Positions 1 through 10,300 of a stretch of 64,000 nucleotides of DNA are shown here, piece by piece. The stretch is from a virus. The notes under the pieces were generated by a model, which was not told where the DNA came from, ran no database searches, and saw only the letters and a program-made list of their open reading frames with translations. The stretch lies in IMG/VR virus record IMGVR_UViG_3300040801_000976, positions 32,001-96,000 of that record; one strand, 5' to 3'. Each line of letters starts with the position of its first letter. Position 1 is the first letter of the stretch. The position numbers were made by a program, and so were the translations under genes.

Positions 1-2
1 TT

Positions 3-3000
3 AACTCTTCTGAATCAGGTTATAGTTCTTTTAACTTTAACTTACCATCGTCACCGATAGATGGGTACAAAATATCACTTAAGTTAGTATCTTCTACTTC
101 GGAAAAACCTATATACATTAAGGGTGGGGATAATACCATCAATGAGTCCGAAGACATCATAATGGATACGTCATCTGTTTATGAGTTTACTTTTAGTGTT
201 GATGCAGATACCTGGGTATATAATAAAACTAGTAGTTCCGCGTCAATTATAGAAGAGAAAAGTACTAGCTTTACTATAGGTTCAACTACTAAGTCAGGAA
301 CTTTATTTGTTGTATCTAATGATGCTGACGTAACCCTGTCTAATCCAACTAATTTTCCTGACGGATTTAAGGTAAACATTTATAATTCAGACGGATCAGA
401 TATAGATGTATTTCCATACGGATCAGATGTGATAAAACTATATGGTAAGTATGATTCGATAGAACTTACTAAGTTAGGCAGCACTTATATTATAAGCGGT
501 ACGGGTTCACCCATAGATTCCGAGCACGTAATTTCTTACGGAAGTCCTTTATCAACCTGGGATTTTTCATTTAGTTCGGCAGCTGTTATTACTCTCACAG
601 GTAATACAGAATTGAATCTAACAGGGGTGCAGGGCGGTGATACAGGTATTTTACGCGTGGTACAAGATTCCACGGGAGGTCATACACTAACCTTACCATC
701 AAATAGCCAAACATATGGAATAGATAGTTTAGATATGTCGCCCGGATCCGTGGTTATATTATCTTTTTACTACGATGGAACAACATTAAACTGGACTGCT
801 ACCTCAACAGGTTCTCTTAATTTTAATATAGAGGATTTGTTAAATGTAATAGTAACTGAGCCGCTAAACGGTGAAGTATTAACATTTAATGGCGTAAGCT
901 GGGTTAATGCTGAACCAACAACAGGTGCAGTTGATTTTCTAAGTTTGTCTGATGTTACACCAACTACTTATACAGATAACGCGGGTAAACTTGTGGCTGT
1001 AAATTCTACACCCGATGCCTTGGAATTTGTAGATACCGTTGATTACACACTTGCAACAGGTACAGCAAACAACGATAAATTAGCTACACAAGGTTATGTG
1101 GATGATAATGTGAGTGCAGGATCACCATCATTTGGAAGTGATAATCAGATTCCATACATAAATTCATCTGGAGATGATTTTGACTATTCAAGTCAATTAA
1201 CATTTGATGGAACAAATTTAACAGTAAATGGTAATATTACTGGTGGTGCTTTTATTAAACCCGGGGGTCTTTCAACACAATTTTTAAAAGCAAACGGTAC
1301 GTTAGATTCTACTACATATCAAGATATAACTGAGAAAGGTGCAAGTAATGGTTATGCATCATTAGATTCAGCGGGTAAAGTCCCAATAACACAATTACCT
1401 TCATCTATTATGGAGTATAAAGGAGTTTGGGATGCAAGTACTAATACACCAACTTTAACAGACGGTGTAGGAAATACTGGTGATACATATAGAGTATCTG
1501 TTGCTGGAACACAAAATTTAGGTAGTGGAAATATATCATTTGAAGTTGGGGATTATGTTATTTATAATGGTACAGAATGGGAAAAGTCAGATACCACAGA
1601 TGCAGTCGCTTCAGTTAATGGTCAAACTGGTATAGTATCATTAGATTTAGCGGATATAGGCGAAAGCTATGCGAGCATTAATTATTGGACGTTGGGGAGT
1701 GGGCAGGTTAGCTATTTGGGCAACGTAGGTATAGGTACTGATTCGCCTACAAATACACTTGCTGTTCAAAGTAATATGGACTTTATGTATAACAATAGCA
1801 GGAGAATGACAGTAGGTTTTGATGGTTCTACTGGCTATGGGTTAATTGAAGGGCTTGATACATTAAATGGTGTTCGGATTGGAACTGACACAAATAATAA
1901 TATGTTTGTTGTTAAATTTGACGGCAATGTAGGTGTAGGCACTATTTTACCTTTAGTAAAATTTGAAGTCTTAGATAATACCGGATATGCAAAAACAATT
2001 TCAGATGGTGGGTGGAATGTAAAGAGGGATGTAGTAGGTAGTGGCAGCTCTATATTTTTATTATTAAACGGGAATGATGAATTAGCTCTTTCAGTAAGGG
2101 GAAATAAAGATTCTATTTTTTATGGCAACGTAGGCATTGGTAATGATTCACCTGCTTACAAATTAGATGTAAACGGTACTGGTAGGTTTACGGGTGACTT
2201 GCGTTCGGACGGTGTTATCCAATCGTCAGCTTATTTTAAAAGTGCAGGTACTACTGCTGTGGTTGGTACAAATGCCGATGGTGAAGTTAGATTAAGGCCA
2301 AGCGGTCATTTATCTACAATTGCCCAAAGTACATTTACAACCAGTTTAGCTACAATAGGAACTGATGCTTATTTTACTGGCAACGTAGGTATAGGTACTG
2401 ATACTCCCAGTGCTAAATTACATATCACAGGCGATATATTTTCAGATGTTATTAACGACGTGCAATTCAGAGGGCCTAACAATTGGTTTACAATAAGTAA
2501 CCAAAGTGGTTATAGTTACTTGTCTTGGTTTGGGTATTTCGATGGTACGAATTGGCGCGGTACACATCCTACTTTAGGTTCATCGAGAATACGTGGTGTA
2601 GGTGGTGATATTAGATTTTCAACAGCATCTAATAATGGTGATGAAGGAATATTAACGTATACTGATAAATTAGTCATTAACGAAAACGGTAACGTAGGTA
2701 TTGGTAATGATTCACCTGCTTACAAATTAGACGTAAACGGTACTGGGAGGTTTACTGATACTGTATTAGGCAAAACAGAAGCCCTATCAGACAATTCAAC
2801 GAAATTAGCTACCACAGCCTTTGTTAAAGGACAGGGGTACACTACACATGATGCAGTAACTGTAACAGATAGCAGTGAGATTGATTTTACTTTAACAGGT
2901 CAAAATATAACAGCTTCACTTAAACCAGGAAGTATTGATGAATCAAAGCTCGATATAAGTGTAAATGCAAGCTTAGATTTGGCTGATAGTGCAGTTCAGC

Positions 3001-3377
3001 CCGGAGATTTGGCTGACGTAGCAACAAGTGGTTCTTATGATGATTTAACAGATAAACCATTAAGTCAAACAAGTATAGCAAGTGCAACATCAATAACACC
3101 AACAGGTGGTTCAAGGGAAAATGAGCACTACGTAACCACATTGGCGGCTAATTTAACTATTAACGCACCAAGCGGAACAGCTGCAAATGGCAATAATTTA
3201 ATGATAAGAATACAAGATAACGGAACATCACGAACATTAACATGGAACGCTATTTATGAAGTTGTTGGAACTACATTACCAACAAGTACAACGGCAGGTA
3301 AAAAAATGTACATAGGCTGTATTTATAATTCAACGGATAGTAAGTGGGATGTTGTATCAGTAATCGAGGAGGTATAA
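3..3377 (+). CDS. Tail/receptor-binding fibre protein, 5'-truncated by the window edge
   Basis: Frame is open from position 3 (NSSESGYSSF...) into the listed ORF at 162. Five GNVG(I/V)G fibre repeats, a YKGVWDASTNTPTL...GDYVIYNGTEWEK module, Ser/Thr/Gly-rich composition. Confidence 0.75.
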   Translation, partial: NSSESGYSSFNFNLPSSPIDGYKISLKLVSSTSEKPIYIKGGDNTINESEDIIMDTSSVYEFTFSVDADTWVYNKTSSSASIIEEKSTSFTIGSTTKSGTLFVVSNDADVTLSNPTNFPDGFKVNIYNSDGSDIDVFPYGSDVIKLYGKYDSIELTKLGSTYIISGTGSPIDSEHVISYGSPLSTWDFSFSSAAVITLTGNTELNLTGVQGGDTGILRVVQDSTGGHTLTLPSNSQTYGIDSLDMSPGSVVILSFYYDGTTLNWTATSTGSLNFNIEDLLNVIVTEPLNGEVLTFNGVSWVNAEPTTGAVDFLSLSDVTPTTYTDNAGKLVAVNSTPDALEFVDTVDYTLATGTANNDKLATQGYVDDNVSAGSPSFGSDNQIPYINSSGDDFDYSSQLTFDGTNLTVNGNITGGAFIKPGGLSTQFLKANGTLDSTTYQDITEKGASNGYASLDSAGKVPITQLPSSIMEYKGVWDASTNTPTLTDGVGNTGDTYRVSVAGTQNLGSGNISFEVGDYVIYNGTEWEKSDTTDAVASVNGQTGIVSLDLADIGESYASINYWTLGSGQVSYLGNVGIGTDSPTNTLAVQSNMDFMYNNSRRMTVGFDGSTGYGLIEGLDTLNGVRIGTDTNNNMFVVKFDGNVGVGTILPLVKFEVLDNTGYAKTISDGGWNVKRDVVGSGSSIFLLLNGNDELALSVRGNKDSIFYGNVGIGNDSPAYKLDVNGTGRFTGDLRSDGVIQSSAYFKSAGTTAVVGTNADGEVRLRPSGHLSTIAQSTFTTSLATIGTDAYFTGNVGIGTDTPSAKLHITGDIFSDVINDVQFRGPNNWFTISNQSGYSYLSWFGYFDGTNWRGTHPTLGSSRIRGVGGDIRFSTASNNGDEGILTYTDKLVINENGNVGIGNDSPAYKLDVNGTGRFTDTVLGKTEALSDNSTKLATTAFVKGQGYTTHDAVTVTDSSEIDFTLTGQNITASLKPGSIDESKLDISVNASLDLADSAVQPGDLADVATSGSYDDLTDKPLSQTSIASATSITPTGGSRENEHYVTTLAANLTINAPSGTAANGNNLMIRIQDNGTSRTLTWNAIYEVVGTTLPTSTTAGKKMYIGCIYNSTDSKWDVVSVIEEV
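1719..2402 (+). repeat. 24-nt exact direct repeat GGCAACGTAGGTATAGGTACTGAT (1719-1742 and 2379-2402)
   Basis: Read directly; both copies encode GNVGIGTD. Confidence 0.9.
2124..2755 (+). repeat. 68-nt direct repeat (2124-2191 and 2688-2755) with 4 synonymous mismatches
   Basis: Both copies encode GNVGIGNDSPAYKLDVNGTGRFT. Confidence 0.9.
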
Positions 3378-4306
3378 TGAAGAATTTGCAATTATTGATG
3401 ATGAATAAAAGTACTGATGTATTTGAACTCAAATCGCATGTATATTTATCAAATTCAATATCTACATATATAGATGAAGATTTTATTATTGTTGGAACGT
3501 CTAATTCTATTAGAACTTATACTTATAACACCTCTGGATCAGTGACATTTGTTGATTCTCAGAGTATATCTGGAGGATGTTACAAAATCGTAAGAGATGG
3601 TAATTATATTATAACCGCCTGTTTCTCTGGAGGAATAAGACTTTATACAATAGATGCTTCAGGGAATTTAACATTTCAAGATTCTGATAATATATCCAAT
3701 GGTACATATTGGTCTTTATGGACAGATTCTTCTTATATTTATTGTGTTGGACAATTAAATAGCAGGGGAATAATCACATATTCTATAGATGGTAGTGATA
3801 ATTTAGTTTATGAAAGTAGGTTAGATATAAACCTCACGTACACGGATATTGTTGGTGATTCTGGATATTTATATACTACTGTATATACATCTGGGGGACA
3901 AGTATGTTCATATGATGGATCTGGTACTGTTTCATATGAAAGCGCAGTATCTGACGGAGGGAGTTATGTAGAAGTGTGTTTAGCTGGAAATTTTGTAATA
4001 TTTGCAAGTAGTAATTATTTATTATCATATTCAAAAAGTAGTGGAGCTTTAACATTAGAAGACAATTCTATAACTGGGAGTTATTCTTGTGTAACTTATG
4101 AAAATTCAAAAATATTTACAAGTAAATCAGATACTGTAGATAAAATCCAATCATATAGTATTGATATAAATGGAGATTTAACATTAATTCATTCACAAGA
4201 TATTCCTGAAACAAGCAGTTCTTTTACTGCTATTGAAGCATATGGAGATTTTATTTCATGTGTAGACAATGGAAGTGGTTTATATTTATATAAGTATAAT
4301 GGTTGA
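3377..4306 (+). CDS. Beta-propeller (LVIVD-like repeat) accessory virion protein; probable start 3377
   Basis: TAATG stop/start overlap with the fibre gene. Repeats of about 40-45 aa of the type GIxxYxIDxxGNLT. Confidence 0.6.
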   Translation: MKNLQLLMMNKSTDVFELKSHVYLSNSISTYIDEDFIIVGTSNSIRTYTYNTSGSVTFVDSQSISGGCYKIVRDGNYIITACFSGGIRLYTIDASGNLTFQDSDNISNGTYWSLWTDSSYIYCVGQLNSRGIITYSIDGSDNLVYESRLDINLTYTDIVGDSGYLYTTVYTSGGQVCSYDGSGTVSYESAVSDGGSYVEVCLAGNFVIFASSNYLLSYSKSSGALTLEDNSITGSYSCVTYENSKIFTSKSDTVDKIQSYSIDINGDLTLIHSQDIPETSSSFTAIEAYGDFISCVDNGSGLYLYKYNG

Positions 4307-4360
4307 AATATAATAGATAATGATGATTCAAATATATAATAAAATTAAATATAAAACAAC

Positions 4361-5104
4361 ATGCCAATAATAAAACTACCAACAGGGATATTGAAAATAA
4401 GTGGATCTGCTATTAAAGTACCTGAACCAATACCAGAAGGCTTAGGCTACGGATTACTTTATAACTGGTATACTGTTGAAGGTAACGCCTCAAACCTCAT
4501 AACAGATTTACACGTTCCGAGCGATACTGAATGGACTACTTTAGAAACATATTTAGGTGGTTCGAGCGTGGCTGGAGGTAAACTAAAACAAACTGGTACG
4601 TTAGAAGCTGGTACTGGGTTGTGGTATGACCCAAATACAGGGGCCACTGATGAAGTTAATTTTACAGCCCTTCCGGGAAGCACTAGGGATAGTAATGATG
4701 GAGCGTTCTACGATGATGGTACTGATGCTTGGTTTTGGACAACTACAGAAGGAAGATTTGAAAGAGCTTTTTATTATAATATTAATTATTCTGATAGTTT
4801 TTTATTCGTAACTGATATTAATTATAGATTTGGGTGTAGTGTCCGTTGCCTCCGCACCCTAACAGCGCAAGAACAAATAGATTTTGCAGACGGTGATGTA
4901 GTTGAAACTAAAACAGATTATGATGGTAACAGCTACGATGTAGTAAGGATAGGTACACAAGGCTGGAGTGTTGGTAGCTTAAAAACTACACATTATTTGG
5001 ACGGCACAGCCCTAACAAAAGTAACAGATAATACAACTTGGTCTAACGCCGGAACAGGTGATGCTTATTATTGTGCTTATGATAACGATGAAGGTAATGT
5101 ATAA
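4361..5104 (+). CDS. Fib_succ_major (FISUMP, C-type lectin-fold) domain protein, circularly permuted
   Basis: Motifs YGLLYNWY, HVPSDTEWTTL, GGKLK, FTALPG, GCSVRCL, followed by TDYDGNSY-VRIGTQGW-LKTTHY-YCAYDND. Confidence 0.8.
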   Translation: MPIIKLPTGILKISGSAIKVPEPIPEGLGYGLLYNWYTVEGNASNLITDLHVPSDTEWTTLETYLGGSSVAGGKLKQTGTLEAGTGLWYDPNTGATDEVNFTALPGSTRDSNDGAFYDDGTDAWFWTTTEGRFERAFYYNINYSDSFLFVTDINYRFGCSVRCLRTLTAQEQIDFADGDVVETKTDYDGNSYDVVRIGTQGWSVGSLKTTHYLDGTALTKVTDNTTWSNAGTGDAYYCAYDNDEGNV

Positions 5105-5113
5105 TACTATTAT

Positions 5114-7123
5114 ATGAAACTAGTAAAAGTTTACAAGAAAAATAATGCTGTCTTAATAGAACAAGATGGTAAAGATACCATATACATAAATCCCGACGAC
5201 GCGAGACTTTTGGTGTCTAAGGGGTTCTTAATGATACATGATGGTCAGTCAGGTAAGAGTTTTGAGTTAGGTCCTTATACCAACATCAGGACGGAAGCTA
5301 ATTCTGCATTCTCTTCTTACGACCAGTGCTTTGATTACTTAGTGTCTTCATTAGAGACAGCGGGCGCTATCACCTTAGACTCTGGAAGAATAACTGTACA
5401 AAACCCTCTACCCTCAGACGGCGATTCGATTTATGCTAAAGATATAGATGTAGCTAATAGTACGGTTACGGGGTGGGTAGATGATTTGGATGCGGAAGTA
5501 AGTAATAATGTGTTAATACCATTCACGGACTTACATACTACTGTTAAGAATACAAGTTCCAGTAATCCTAAGACGCTATTAATTCATTTTAACAGAAGTA
5601 TTAATGCGCATCAGGTTGGTTTAGGTTGTTATGACGATACGTACAACTTTTCAAACATAGTGGTAAAACTATTAGGTAGTTCTGGTACAGTTCGGTATGT
5701 AAAAGATTTATCGTCCGACAATACTAAGTATAATAGTACTAACATACAATTCGAGCCACAACTCTTTAATGCATTGTTACTGGAGTTTCATACTACGGAT
5801 CCAGTTGCTATATCAAACATCACTGTACAAAAAGCAGAGGTGGTTGAAGCTACACTTAAGGGATGTACCGATGCAGGAGATACAGAATTTGTTAAAACTT
5901 CTATACTAGGTAATTTACGCGTTGCATTGGCAGAATATCAAGGTGATGCTTTCGGTAGGTTACGTGTATCCGAACCATATACGATAGCGGACCATACCAT
6001 GGTTTATGAGGATGCAGTAAGTCTTTTCTGGAGTAACAGAGCTGAAGGTGTGGGGTCATTGATTACTTGGGATAAAGCTACATCCAAACAAACATTATCA
6101 GTAACCAGCAATGGTGAATGGGCTGCTAGTCAAACTAAACAGAGATTCACTTACCAGAGTGGTAAAAGCCATGAATTGTTGGTAACTGGTATATTTTCAC
6201 CGGAAGTTGATGTAGAAAAGTACGTTGGTTACTGTGATTTAGATAATTATAATGCACCTGTTATAGACGGCAACATTAAGAACGGCATAGCTATGTGTTC
6301 CAAAGAGGCTGGCGTGTATTTCCAGATATACAATAATGGCGTACTGGTCGAGGAGGTCGAAAGGGCTAACTGGAATTTCGATAAGTTGGACGGTAATGGG
6401 CCTTCTGGCATGACATTAAATATGTTATATGGTCAGATTGTTTTTATGGATCTGGAATGGTTAGGTTTAGGAACTGTACGCGCAGGGTTTGCTTTAAATG
6501 GAACTATTATAAATTGTCATCTATTTCATCACGCGAACGTACTGTCCCAAGATGTATATATGCGCACCGCTAACCTACCCATAATGTATATGATAAAATC
6601 CACGGGCGGTTCTGGTAGTATGAAGCAGATTTGTAATACAGTTATATCAGAGGGTGGTTTTAATCCTGAAGGAAACAAGCCATCTATAGTGAGTAACGGA
6701 GCTATTAGTGTTTTATCTGGCGACGAGGAATTAGTTTTAGGTATAAGGTTAAAAGAAGCTTCCTTCGACGCAACAGTTATACCTCTGGCAGTAAAGATAA
6801 TTAACTTACTTGATGCTTCCGGAGAAGTGACGTTAGGTTTTAATCCTACGTACACGGGCACTGTGACATGGACCGATTTACCAACTTCTAGCATACAAGT
6901 GGCTTATAATAATAATAATGAAGTAACGGACAGAGGTTTAATACAGTTCGCTGATTTTGTTGGAGCTTCAAAACAAAGCACGGGAACTATATCAGGTCAG
7001 GTAGCCTCTTCCGTGAAGATAGGTAAAGACCTGTATGGTAATTACGATGAATTATGGGTTATGTTTAAAGCTGATGGCGATTCTAGTGTAAAAGGTATAC
7101 TTGAAATTAAAGATTTATTATAA
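5114..7123 (+). CDS. Virion structural/fibre-type protein of the DAFGRLRVS family
   Basis: Motifs DAFGRLRVSEP, YQSGKS, LDGNGPSG, DLEWLGLG and YMRTANLP, recalled from phage structural proteins. Confidence 0.6.
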   Translation: MKLVKVYKKNNAVLIEQDGKDTIYINPDDARLLVSKGFLMIHDGQSGKSFELGPYTNIRTEANSAFSSYDQCFDYLVSSLETAGAITLDSGRITVQNPLPSDGDSIYAKDIDVANSTVTGWVDDLDAEVSNNVLIPFTDLHTTVKNTSSSNPKTLLIHFNRSINAHQVGLGCYDDTYNFSNIVVKLLGSSGTVRYVKDLSSDNTKYNSTNIQFEPQLFNALLLEFHTTDPVAISNITVQKAEVVEATLKGCTDAGDTEFVKTSILGNLRVALAEYQGDAFGRLRVSEPYTIADHTMVYEDAVSLFWSNRAEGVGSLITWDKATSKQTLSVTSNGEWAASQTKQRFTYQSGKSHELLVTGIFSPEVDVEKYVGYCDLDNYNAPVIDGNIKNGIAMCSKEAGVYFQIYNNGVLVEEVERANWNFDKLDGNGPSGMTLNMLYGQIVFMDLEWLGLGTVRAGFALNGTIINCHLFHHANVLSQDVYMRTANLPIMYMIKSTGGSGSMKQICNTVISEGGFNPEGNKPSIVSNGAISVLSGDEELVLGIRLKEASFDATVIPLAVKIINLLDASGEVTLGFNPTYTGTVTWTDLPTSSIQVAYNNNNEVTDRGLIQFADFVGASKQSTGTISGQVASSVKIGKDLYGNYDELWVMFKADGDSSVKGILEIKDLL

Positions 7124-7130
7124 GATACGT

Positions 7131-7298
7131 ATGAAAGAAACTATAAAAAAGATAAAAAAGTTAAGAATATTACTTAGAGATAAAAGTTTTCGTAAATGGT
7201 TATTTATAATCTTAACTTTTTTTACTATAATACTTAGAGAGGTAGAGATAGTACCATTTTTATACCTGGCCTCTGTTATTTATCTACTTAAAGATTAA
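7131..7298 (+). CDS. Small basic/hydrophobic membrane protein (55 aa; weakly holin-like, may be spurious)
   Basis: ATG at 7131. Lys/Arg-rich N-terminus followed by two short hydrophobic stretches; it overlaps a promoter-like motif. Confidence 0.35.
   Translation: MKETIKKIKKLRILLRDKSFRKWLFIILTFFTIILREVEIVPFLYLASVIYLLKD
7219..7234 (+). promoter_or_regulatory. Putative late promoter motif TTTTTACTATAATACT, copy 1
   Basis: Exact 16-mer also at 16740 and 31784; lies upstream of the LRR gene at 7310. Confidence 0.55.
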
Positions 7299-7309
7299 TA
7301 CTTATATAC

Positions 7310-10300
7310 ATGAGATCTAGTAACAATAAAAAGTTTTTATTCAACTCACTTCCTGGTAAGAGAAGTTACGGAGGTATTATATTTTATACCACGCGTTATG
7401 GGGAGTTTAATCCGACAGCTGTAACTAATGACGGAACTTCTGTGACTTGGTCTGTTTCTGGCTATGAGCCCCAAACAACCAACACACCGTCCTTTACTCT
7501 AGGAGCTGGGTTAAAAACTGTAACTCTAATACCTAATACACCGGAAAGTCTTATAGAGTTAGATCTGTCTAATCAAGCTATTTTAAAGGGATTTAGTATA
7601 AGATCGGCTCCAAACCTAGAAAACCTATACTTAAATAATAATATCGATCTAACATCAGTATCTGTAAATATTCAGGGCGATGTAGGTGTGAAAGTATATC
7701 TGGCTAATTCCGGCATTCTTTCTTTTTATAATCTAGGTAATTTACGCGGTTTGGATATTAGTAATACACCTATAACATCGCTTTCTTCTTTGGTATCTGG
7801 TACCGAGGGTGCTTTTTTTAAGGCGCAAAATGTACAATCTATCACTAACGTAGATCTCAGTAATTATGTAGTAACGGAGTTGTTGAACCTTCAGGATAGT
7901 TCTATAGTTAATCTTACCGGCCTCTCTTTTATAGATGGTGATCCGGACTATCTCACTGAATTTCGATTGAAAAACTCGGTGCTTAGTACTACTTTACCAC
8001 CATTGAGTGTCACGCTTGCACTAGATCTAGAAAATACGGGTATTAAAGACGTTACCTTTCTTTATTTGGACACAGCTTCTACGTCAGGTCCATATAACAC
8101 TGATTACGTATCATTTAAGGATAATGATCTATCGTCAGCTGAAGTAAATACTATATTAAATAAGTTAACAACAGAAAACATAGAAAATGCCACTATAGAT
8201 GTAAGTGGTATTAATTCAGTACTTGATGGTGATGCGGGTGGATTAGATGGATGGGCATTGGTAAACTCTTTAGAAGCTAGAGGTAATACTGTGCTGTTTA
8301 ATTATAACGCAGCTTCTTTGTATTCGGGCACGACGGGTAATTTACGTATGACTGTTTATACCACTGATACCTCTGATGTACGAGTAAATATAAATGGTAC
8401 TTATGTCCAGACAATAAGCGGCGGTACAGTTTTATCTGTAGAAGAAGGTGATTTTATAGAGTTTATACCCGAACGATTAAACTACTTCACGGGCCTATAC
8501 CATAACGCTGGGTTAGATGCCGGAGCAATAAGAGGTACTTTAGATATATCGAATACCTACATAAATGAAGTAGTGTTACCAGAGCCTCTACCTAACTTAA
8601 ATAGTGTAAACTTATCTTCCCAATCAACACAGCAGTTAATATTTACCTCAGATCTCGGTGCTATGTATAACATTAGTGCGGATACTGCGGGAAGAGTATC
8701 AGCTATTATGACGATATCCAACGCATCTAGATTAAATAATATTGATTTTGGTGAAGTACCAACTCAAATAGATTTTTTAAATATACCCAACCTACAGTCC
8801 ATTACAAACCTACATCTTTTTAATAGTTTGGTAATGACCGACGTACCTTTATCTGCCGGACTAACTGTTACATCAGGAACAGACATTGATTTCTCAATCA
8901 ACAATAGTTTGTTATCTTCCCTTGATTTATCTGATGTAACGCTAAATTCTCTAGAGTTAAGTGATAATTTATCATTAAGTACTTTAGTTGTACCAAGCGG
9001 TACCTATAACGTTGACATAGATAACTGTGAGGCTCTAGTATCAGCGGATTTTTCCGGTGTACAAGTAGTCTCCTTATTTAGGTTCACGGATGGTACTGCT
9101 CCTAGTCTAACATTACCATCAGTAATCGCAGATGCTTCGGAAATTCATTTAGAGAATAACTCTTTTAGCCCTGCTGCTGTAAATAATTATCTGCAACAAC
9201 TAGATGCAACTGGTATATCAAGCGGAACCATTTACTTAAATGGTACTAACGATGTAGCAGATACTGTATCCGGTGGTATAGATGGTATACTGTATAAAGA
9301 AAATTTGGAATCTAGAGGTAATACTGTTTATTGTGATGTAGCACCAGAGACTCTTAGTTTTACAACTGTAAAGAACGGAGAGGTATTATTAGATATTACA
9401 CCGTCTGTATCATGGTCAACGGATAAGGGTCATAGCGGCGTTGGTAATCCTTCGTTCACAAACGATGGTACTGCAACCGTTATTACATTAAATGTAGTCG
9501 ACTTAGAGGATATATTGAGTCTTCAATTCGCGAATCAAGGATTGGTTGGTAGTGTTGACCTTTCTGGTCTTACTAACCTGAGCGTTTTGGATTTATCGGG
9601 TAACGCAATAACTTCGGTTCTAAACCTGGAAACTACGTCGCTAGAGTCGTTGACGTTAGATAATACATCAATAATCTCACTAGATTTATCGTCTTGTTCT
9701 AATTCGGTAGAACCTGTTACACTAATAAGTTTGGTAGATATTCCTAGTCTAACCTCCCTGCAACTATTTTCGGGTGCCGTACAGGAGGTACAGGATTTAT
9801 CAATACAAGATACAGGTATTAATTCCATAGACTTATCATTTGTAGATATAGTTTTACGAGTATCAATTACTGGCGGAAGTGTAACATCTATAACGGAGTT
9901 GACCGCGTCTGCTATGATTGAATCGTGCGAAGTAGATTCTACGTCTATTACCTCGTTGAACCTAAATGGTTTAACATCTGATTATATAAAGATAACCAAT
10001 AATGACACTTTGTCGAGTGTGACGGGATTTCCTTCAGGTGTAAGGATGATAGATGGTTTGGATATCTACAATAACAATTTAACGTCTGTTCTTGATTTAA
10101 ACAATGTACAGATCTCAGACCATGTAGATTTCAGCAACAACACGTTATTGACCGGTATAACAAATCTAAGAGGTTATTTGACAACCAGTCCTATATCTAT
10201 AAACGGAGATAATTGTTCGTCATTAACCACACTTAACTTAGTAGATGTCACGTTAACAGGTACATTATCGTTACAAAATACGACCTCACTAACTACTTTA

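Noticed and set aside
2124-2755. Fibre repeats as a DGR TR/VR pair or a CRISPR array
   Set aside because: Mismatches are synonymous and not adenine-specific; the repeats are in-frame coding units with long irregular spacing.
3366-3379. Perfect GGAGG Shine-Dalgarno before 3377 as evidence for a non-Bacteroidota host
   Set aside because: Single instance formed by the Glu-Glu-Val codons of the upstream gene; other starts are AT-rich without a clear SD.
4720-4860. Active diversity-generating retroelement targeting the FISUMP gene
   Set aside because: No reverse transcriptase or adenine-variant template repeat seen in the window; cannot be excluded elsewhere in the genome.
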